A DNA stretch of 64,000 bases from Candidatus Bilamarchaeum sp. (GTDB lineage: Archaea > Micrarchaeota > Micrarchaeia > Anstonellales > Bilamarchaeaceae): positions 5,959-69,958 of the forward strand of contig DATIFM010000024.1 in assembly GCA_035455205.1 (NCBI GenBank), given 5' to 3'. The notes below the pieces were generated by a model that was not told where the DNA came from, searched no databases, and saw nothing but the letters and a program-made list of their open reading frames with translations. A program made the translations under genes and the position numbers. Below are positions 53,247 to 61,600 of the stretch, piece by piece (the stretch's first letter is position 1; each line of letters opens with the position of its first letter).

Positions 53247-55619
53247 TCAGCCCGGCTGTATGACGCGCCTTCTCGAGCCCGGCTGGGGCTCGACCTGCGT
53301 CGGCGGCGGCTCCTGCCTCTGCTGCGGAGGAGCCTGCGGCCTGATGTTGATGGACTGGCCCCAGTCCCCGACGTTCGCGTTCGGGTTCGCCATCCTCCAT
53401 GAGTAGACTGCCATCGCGGCAAGGAGCCTCGGGTCCGTTACGCCGGTCGGGTCGTAGTCGTCCCTGCCCATGCTGAAGCCCTGCCTGTAGAGGAGCGCCA
53501 AATCCTGCCTGAGCCTCGTGTAGACGTCGCCGCTCCTCTGCGCCTCCTGGTTGATGAAGCGGGCCATCGCCCTCATCACCACCCGCCTGTCGGCCTCGGA
53601 AGTTGTCCCGCTGAGGCGCGTTGATTCGCGCGCGACTCCGGTGAAGTCCGAGTTGTCGCGGCAGAACTGGAGGAATGCGGTGTTCGAGTGGAGGTAGTCG
53701 TTGAAGACCCTGTCGAACGCGTCCCTGATGTCCGTGCGGTTCAGCGCTCGGAGCGCGTCCTCGATTGAAGAGTATCCCTGCGGGAGGTTGCGCATTATCG
53801 TGACAATCCCGGCCGGCCTGCCTCCCTGCACGTTCTGGTAGAGCTCGGTCGCGAGGTTGCGCCAGTTCCTGTCGGCAAAATCCTGGAGCGCGCTCCTCGA
53901 TTCGGCCGCGCCTATCGTCCTTCCGAAGGCTGCCTGCGCCACCTGCCTCGCGATGACGTCCCTTCCGGCGTCGCTCGGGTGCAGGTGGTCGGGGTCGGTC
54001 TCCCTCTCGTACTGGGCCCTGAGCCTCGGCGGGTTGCCCTCGCCGATTAGCGCGGCCGTGTCAATGAAAACTACGTTCCCGTCCGCAGTCGCCTGCTCCC
54101 TGAGCCACTGGTTGAACTGCGTCGTCCTGCGCTGGAGGTCCGAAGTGGAGGTGGACGCGCCGGCCCACGGGAGGAGCCCGAGTATGACAACGCGCATGTT
54201 CCCGTCCCTCGCTGCGCGGATGAACTGGGCGTACCTGCCTTCGAGCTGCTCGACCGTCCCGCTCCCTATCCCGTTCACTCCCGCGTGTATCACGACAACG
54301 TTGTAGGGCGGCTGGTGGCCAAGGACGTCCCGGTTGAACCTGCTCCGCACGTGCGAGAGGTCCTCCCCGGAGACCCCGTAGGAATCCACGGCCGCGTCCG
54401 GAGTCGCCCCCGCGCCCTCGCGCAAAAGCCTCTGCAATGTGGTCCCTATCCTGTTGCCGGCTATGAGCGAGTCTCCCACGACGGCAACGCGAGGCACTGT
54501 TACTGTCGGGGCCTGAGGCTGGACCGGCGCGGCGGTCCCCTCGAGGGGAACCACCTGCGGCGCTGCCCACTGGTCTATCTGGCCATCTTCCCTTCCCCGG
54601 CCGCGCTCCGGATGCTCCTGCGTCCATCTCCTTATGTAGAGCGAAGACGCGGTGACGGTGTCTGCGTCCATCGCGCCGCCGAGGTTCATGGATATGAATG
54701 CGAATCGCGTCCTTTCATCCGGCTGCCTGCCTGAAGTCGCGGTGAACGTCCGCGCCTCATGTATGCGCGCCCTCACCCTTTCGGCGTTCGGAAGCTGTGC
54801 GACTTCGGCCCTGTACCTTGCGTTCGCGTCGTTCGGCGCGACGAAGCCGAGCAGGAAATACCTGACGTACATGTCCGCCGCGCGGATTATTTCGGCGTTC
54901 GCCTGCTCGCTCAGCATCTCCGGCCTCCCCGGCTCGGTGAGGAACGACTGGAGCTGAACGAACTGCGGGAAGTATTCGGCCTGCGTCGCGGCCACCGATG
55001 AAAGGTAGAGCCTGAACGCGGGAATCTGGTAGAGCGAGTTGAATACCGCTATCGTCGTGTCCCGCTGGTTGGCGGTCCTCAATGTGCCCCTCTGCAAATC
55101 CGACGAAAGGTACTGGTTGAGGAATTCCCTGTTGGTGTGGAGCGTGGAAGCAGCGGCGACCGAGCGGCGCTCGTCCCTCGCGGCTTCGCGGAGCTGGAGC
55201 GTGACCCACGGAATCACTTCAGTCGCCTGCGTCGGGAAAGTGCGCCTCGGCGTGGCTGCGCGCACGTCGCGCCCTCTCCCCTCGTCGCGGCGCTCCTCCC
55301 TTCTTTCCCTCCTCGGGGGTGGCTCGCGCCTCGCAGGCTCGTCGCGCCTCTCTTCCCTCCGCTGGGGCTGGGCAGGCTGCGCCTCCGGATTGAGCTGGCG
55401 GTAAATCGTCCTCGCGGCTCCGTTCACGTCGGTCCGTCCGACGTCAATCCCTGCGCCGTCGAAGAAGTTGCGGACGTTGGCGAGGGCGGCGTTAATCGCG
55501 CCGCGTATGTCCGCCTCGGACATCCCTGCCCGCACCGACACTCCGGACGACCTGGAAGTGCCTCCGGCCACTATGACTATCGTGTTTCCCTGAAGCCGAA
55601 CTTCTGCCATGTTTTTCAC
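53247..55619 (-). CDS. 790-aa multidomain protein C with a central SGNH/GDSL hydrolase domain
   Basis: - SGNH blocks: I 'VAVVGDSLIAGN', II 'SYGVSGED', III 'VIHAGVNG', V 'DPDHLHPSDAG' (aa ~376-566).
- Arg/Glu-rich spacer at aa 80-125.
- Flanking helical modules related to A and B.
- The start is either GTG 55619, overlapping the D stop, or ATG 55610. Confidence 0.85.
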   Translation of the reverse strand: MKNMAEVRLQGNTIVIVAGGTSRSSGVSVRAGMSEADIRGAINAALANVRNFFDGAGIDVGRTDVNGAARTIYRQLNPEAQPAQPQRREERRDEPARREPPPRRERREERRDEGRGRDVRAATPRRTFPTQATEVIPWVTLQLREAARDERRSVAAASTLHTNREFLNQYLSSDLQRGTLRTANQRDTTIAVFNSLYQIPAFRLYLSSVAATQAEYFPQFVQLQSFLTEPGRPEMLSEQANAEIIRAADMYVRYFLLGFVAPNDANARYRAEVAQLPNAERVRARIHEARTFTATSGRQPDERTRFAFISMNLGGAMDADTVTASSLYIRRWTQEHPERGRGREDGQIDQWAAPQVVPLEGTAAPVQPQAPTVTVPRVAVVGDSLIAGNRIGTTLQRLLREGAGATPDAAVDSYGVSGEDLSHVRSRFNRDVLGHQPPYNVVVIHAGVNGIGSGTVEQLEGRYAQFIRAARDGNMRVVILGLLPWAGASTSTSDLQRRTTQFNQWLREQATADGNVVFIDTAALIGEGNPPRLRAQYERETDPDHLHPSDAGRDVIARQVAQAAFGRTIGAAESRSALQDFADRNWRNLATELYQNVQGGRPAGIVTIMRNLPQGYSSIEDALRALNRTDIRDAFDRVFNDYLHSNTAFLQFCRDNSDFTGVARESTRLSGTTSEADRRVVMRAMARFINQEAQRSGDVYTRLRQDLALLYRQGFSMGRDDYDPTGVTDPRLLAAMAVYSWRMANPNANVGDWGQSINIRPQAPPQQRQEPPPTQVEPQPGSRRRVIQPG

Positions 55620-58600
55620 CGCGGGGGCTGTGCTGCCTGACGCCTCCTATTTGTGTATTCTATTATATAATTCTGCAGTGCCTCGCCGGTGGTCCTCATG
55701 TTCGGGATTTCCACGCGGAGCGTCGGGCCCGTGCCCGAAACGGTTATTCCCCAGGACTGCCTGAGCCTCACCTCGACCGGGTTGGTGCTCGTGAGGAACC
55801 TGTAAATCTCAGCATCAATCTGGCTGATTGCTTCAGGAGGGACGACTATCTGGTTGCCTGAGTCCAGCGTAGGGATGCCGAAGACCGCGCTCAGCCTGCC
55901 GCCGTCGCTCGTCGCGCTGCTGTAGCTGACCGTGCCGTTCCGTATCGTGGCCCCGGTCTGGAACATCCTCATCAGCCTTCCCTCGATTGCAGCCCCAAGG
56001 CCCGCGGCCCTGTCGCTCTCGTAGAACTGCCTCGCCTCCTGCGTCAATTGGGGCGGAGCCTGCACCTGCGTGTCGGCCGGCGCCTCAACGCGGTCCTGCG
56101 GTGCCATCTCGAAGCCGGGCTGCCTCGGGTTCCTCTGGACCGCGCGGTCGCGAAGGAGGTCTTCCCTCGAGCGCTCCCTCTGCCCGCCGGGCCCTCCGCC
56201 CGGAGTGCCCGCCCGCCTTCTCGCGTCCTCCTCGGCCTGCTGCCTCTCGGCAGGGGTCGGCCCCCTCCACCAGCCGCTCGTCCTGAACGTCTCGACCTGC
56301 TGGGTGGCATAGTTCTCGATGTCTGTCGGGCTCATCGCAGATGCCTGCGCGTTCTGCGAAAGCGATATTATTATCGCCGAAAGGTTGACTATCTGCGTCC
56401 TGTGCCTCGTGAGCCACTGCCTCAGGCCGTGCTGGTCGTCGGAATGGCTGCGCACGAACTGCACTAGCGGCGCCGCGCTCGTTGATGAGAGGAGCGAGCG
56501 GTCTATGTCGCCCAATATCCTCGGGCCGACGAACCCCCTTTCCCTCGCCCTCGCAAGCGCGGTGTCCGGGTTCTCCACAATCAGCCTCGCGAGGGCCTCG
56601 GCGTCGCCGTAAATGGCCTCGCCGTTCTCGCCCTCCATGAGGTTGAAGCGGTTGAATGCGCGGAGCGCGTCCTGGTTTTCCCTGTATGTCGAGAGTATCC
56701 TCTCGAAAACAGGCCTGAACGTCGCGTCCTGCGATGCGCGGACGTCGAGGATTCCAAGGAACGAGTTCTGCCTGATGCCCTCGACCTGCCCCCGGACGCC
56801 TGCCGGCACCTCGAAGAAGAGGTGCTCGCGCACCAGCGTGTCGCGGAGCTGCGAGTCGAGCGTCGTCGTCCCAGTCACCCTGCTCCTGATTCCGGCGAGC
56901 ACCCCGTCCCTCTGGAGGACCGCGAGCGCGTCGTCGATGTAGTTGATGGGTATCGTCCCCTGCTGGACTCCCTGCCAGAGGAACACGAACACGTCCGTGT
57001 TCTGCGAAAGGAAGCCCGCGGCCCCCTGTCCCCTCTGCACGCTGATTCCGCAGTCGCTGAGGAACGTCTCGATGACGAAATCCCTGAACCTGAGCGCGAT
57101 TCCCCTTGCGACCCAGTCGTCCATCCTCAATTCGGCCATGTCCGTTATGTCGAGCGACGTTTTGTTCTTCCTCGCAAGGAGCCTGTCGACTGCGTCGCGG
57201 GTTATGTGGAAGCCGGTGAGTATCTCGTTCAGCCTCCGCGTTGCGTCCGCGGCGCCGTCCCCTCCAGCCCTGCTCGTCGTAAGGAGCGAGTTGATGTCGC
57301 CAAGCCTCGCGGACATCGCCCTGCCGTCGGAAAGGACGTCATCGAGCCTGCTCGGATCGATGAGAATCTCGTTGCGCTCTAGCGCCCTGCGCAGGTCCTG
57401 CACGTTGCCCGGCGGCTGGTATGTGTACGGGAACAGGTTCGGGAGGTAGTCGAAGAACGTCCTTCCGTTCCCCGCCTCGCGGACGAACCTCGCGTTCTCC
57501 TCGCTGATGCTCACTCCCCATCTCCTGCGGACTTCCTCGCGCCCCTGCTGGACCGTGCCGGAGCCTGTGAGCGCTTCCCGGATTCCGGGCCACGCGTAGC
57601 GCGAGAGCGCCCAGAACTCGGCGCCCCAGATTATCATCTGGAGGCCGATTCTTCCGTAGCCGCCCATCCTTCCGACCGACAGCGCCGATTCGCCCATCGC
57701 CGGGTTGCGGAGGATTTCCCTTCCCTGCTGCATGAACCTGTACTGTCCCCTTATGGGAATCTCGTAGAAAAGTCCGCGGAGCGCGCGCCTCGCGAAGCTT
57801 CCCTGCCACCATTCGGCTACGGCCTGCGGCGCGGTCCTCGTGGCCTGCCTGCCGACCATTCCCGCGCTGTCCATCGCCTCGCCGGCGATTGTCATCACCC
57901 TCTGGTCGAGCGCGGAGAGCACCGCGAAATGGTCCGAGAGCGATGTCCTTGCGGCCCTCGCGAAATTGGCGACGCCCGCTCCTGTCTCGCCCGGAATCTC
58001 GAGCTGGTTGAGCCTTGCAATCACGTCGTCGAGGCTGCCGCCGAGGACCGCCTGCCTGTACGAGTCGGCAGCCCTCTGGCCGTACCTTGCGCGCACGGCG
58101 CCGAACATGTCCTCGCTCCTTAGCACTCCGAGTACCGCGTCCTCTGCCGTCCCGCCTGCGCCTACCGACCTCTCGACGCCCTGCGCCATGGCCTGCACGA
58201 CCGGGTTTTCGGCTGTCGGAATCGCGCGGACCGCGCCTATCGCGGCCCGGCCGGTATCGACATATGCGCCGACGACCGCATCGTTCGGAACCACCCCTGT
58301 TTCGTTGAGCCTGAGCACCGCCTGTATCGTTTCAGGTGAGTATGTGGTCCCGGGCGGGAGTATTTCCTGCCCCACGAGCGTGCCGCCGCCCGAGGCGAAG
58401 CTCGTGCCGAGCATCCTCTGCGTGGTCGCAAGGGGCGCGTTGGCCGGGTTCCTCACGAATGAAGTGTAGCCGTCGAGCTGGCTCCTCGCGGTCGCAAGGT
58501 CTGATTCGAGCGACTCGACCCTCGCCTGCGCGCGCGTCTGGGCCCTGCCCGTGGCCGCCTGGGCCGCCCTTCTCTGGGCGGCTATCTGCTCCTGGAGCTG

Positions 58601-61600
58601 GGGAATCCTCGTCGACTCGAGCTGGTCTATCCTCGCGCGGACGTCCCGCATCGAAAGGAAGTTCCTCGGGTTTGTCGGGTCCCTCATGCCCACGTTCTTC
58701 TCAATGCCCTCTATGATGAGAAGCACTTCGTCGCTCCCCATCGGCTGCCTCGTAAGAACTTCCCGCAGGCCTGATGTCGAAAGGCCCCTTGCCCTCGCCG
58801 CGCTCGTGAGCGCCGTGTCCGCGCCCCTCATCACCCTCGCGAGCTGGGCATCCCCCTGCGCCATCTCGGTGAATGCCGCCCGGACATTCGGGTGCGACAT
58901 GATCCTTATTATCGCCCTCCAGGCGATTTCCTGCTGTGCCCTCGGCGTCTGGCGGCTCGTCGCGGTCTCGTAGAGCCCCTTCACTATGTTCGCTAGCCTC
59001 GTCGGTGCGCTCCTCACGAATGCGCCGACTTCGGCCTGCCCGTTCGCGGGCGCGGAAACTTCGGCCGCGGCCGCTATCTGGTCCATCATCCCCTGCGGAG
59101 CGACCGAGCCTATAGTGTCCTCCATTCCCCTCCTTGCCGTGGAAACGAAATCTTCTGGAACCGTCGTCGCTTCGCCCCTTGCGCTCCTGGCGGCGCGGTA
59201 CTGCCTCCAGCGCATCGATATGGAGCGCCCCCATAACGTGAGCCGGCCCGGAATCCTGCCCTGCTCTCCCGGATAAAGAAGGGTGTTCGGGTCCATCTCC
59301 CTTGGCGCAGGCTGGGGCGCTTCCCTCGGCTGCTGCTGGGGCTGGGCCTCCTGAGGCGGAGCCTGCTGGCGCGGGCCCTGCCTCGGGACACTTCCCCTCG
59401 GCGACGGGGCACCCGTGTCCCCGCCTTCCCCGCCCGGCCTCACTACGGGCGGGACGACTACTGGCGGCGGGCCCTGCCCTTCGCCTCCCCCGGATGCGCG
59501 TATCGGCGGCATCCTTCCGCCGCCGAACTGCGGCTGCGGGTTGGGAACTTCCTGCGGAACTATTTCCGGCTGGAGCGCGAGCGCGCCATCGACCTGCGCC
59601 GCGTACTGCCCGAACGCCTGCTGCTCCGCGGCGACGACGTCCGGCGGTATTATGTCCGCGAGGCGCCCCGTGGCCGTGCGGATTGCGCCGAGCGTCGCGC
59701 GCTGGGTGAATGGCGTGCTTTGCCCGCCCCCCAGTTCCTGGGAGAGGCTCGGGTTGTTGAGCAATGCGTCTATCACCGTGCCCGCATCTGGGTGCGCCGA
59801 GCGTATCGATGATAGCCTCGCCCTCGCCGCAGCCCTCTGCGCGAGCGCGGGCTGGGCTGCCGTATCGGGTATGAGAAGGTCCGAAAGGAATCCCCTTAGC
59901 CCTTCGGGGTTGAGCAGGCCCGCGGCGTCTATCTGCGGCCTCGTGCCCCTCGGTCCTCCGCCCGGCCCCTCCGGCGGCGGCATGTCGAATCCCCTAATCG
60001 CCCCTGCAAGCACTTCGTCTATGGCCCGGATGTTTATCGGCATCCTGCCTGCCGCGAGCTCGTCGGCTGCGTTCAGCACGCTGGTGTCCGCCGCGAGCCG
60101 CTCGATTATCGGGCGCATGTGGCGAGGGAGCGAGTTGAGTATCATGTCCCTTGCCGCGGGCGAGGCCCTCGCGAAGCTCCTAAGGAAACGCAGCAGGCTT
60201 CGGGGCTCTGCAATCCCCCTTGCCGCCGCGACCTCCGGAATCTCCGTCGGGCGCACCGTCGGCTGGCCTTCTACCTGCCTCGGTATGACGTTCTCGAGTA
60301 TCTGCGCGGCCTCGATTGTAGCGGCCCTCGCGCGCACCTGCACCCTGTAGTTGCTGTACGCGCTGATTCCTGCGCGGGCCATCATGAAGCCGCCGAACGC
60401 GGCCATGCCGAGGTTGAGTATGCCTTCCTCGGTCCTGCCGGCGCGGAGCGCCTGTATGCCGGTGTATGTCCCGTAGCCCATCATGCCGACGCCTATCGTG
60501 AGGTTCGTCACGTTCGCGATTGTCGCCGCGGTCCTGAATCCAGTTGCGAGCCTGCCGGCGGTCATCACCTCGCTTGCGACCCTGAACCCTGCGCCAAGGC
60601 CGCCAAGGCCGAGCGTGCCGACCGTGAGGCCGAGCATCACCCACGCCTCGGTGGATGCGTGGCCGTTCACGCGGATTTCCATCTGCACCCTGTCGACGGC
60701 GAGGTACGTGAATATCGCGCCGCTTATTGCCCAGCCTATTTTCGGTATGAACATCGCCGCGATGCCCACGCCTATCATCGTGTACATTTCGACTTTGCGG
60801 TCGTGCTCGTACCTCTGCCTCATCCACTCGAGGTCGCGCTCGGCCATCTGGAAATATCCGTCGGTCAGCTGCCTTCCGGCTTCGCCTCCGTATCCCTGCG
60901 AAACTATGCCGCGCATGTGCGCGCGCATCTCCCTCTGGCGGGGCGCGTAGTCCGTGAGAAGCATGCTCCTCACTTCCCCGGCGGGCGCGGCGAAAGTGGA
61001 AACCTCGGTAATCGCAAGCGCCCTCGCGACATCCTGCAGGCGCTGGCTTGTGAACTCGCTCGACGCGCTGGTGTTGAGGACCGCCCTCCTCCCTCCGTCC
61101 GCGTCAACGAACCCGTCCCTGTGCCCGGTAAGCAGCTGGCTGAAGACCTCGCACGAGCCGGTCCTGTAGAACTCGAACTCCTGCGTCGCGTACTGCGCGC
61201 GCAGCACCGGGAAGAACCTCAGGTCCAGGCCGGTCGGCGAAATGTCCGTGGCCCGGGGCCGCGGGAGCGGCACGAGCCTAACTACGTCGCCCATGTCGAC
61301 CTGGTCTATAGTCGGGCTGTCCTCTGCCCTGTAGAATATGAGCGCCTCCATCTTCTGGCTGACTGCATTCCTGTACTCCTGGTATGCGCCTTCCAGGTCG
61401 CCGGAAAGAAGAAGCGCCCTCGCGTTGGAGTAGTGGTTGCCCGCGTCAACGAGGTGGCGTGCGATGCCTGCGGCGCGGTCGCTCCGCTCGGAGGCCACCG
61501 CCCTCCTGAACTGCTCGTTGCTGTCTATCTGCTGGTTCAGGTATGCAAGCGTCTGGCCGATGCGGCTCTCCCTGTTGAGGTCCGAGAGTATCTGGCCGTA

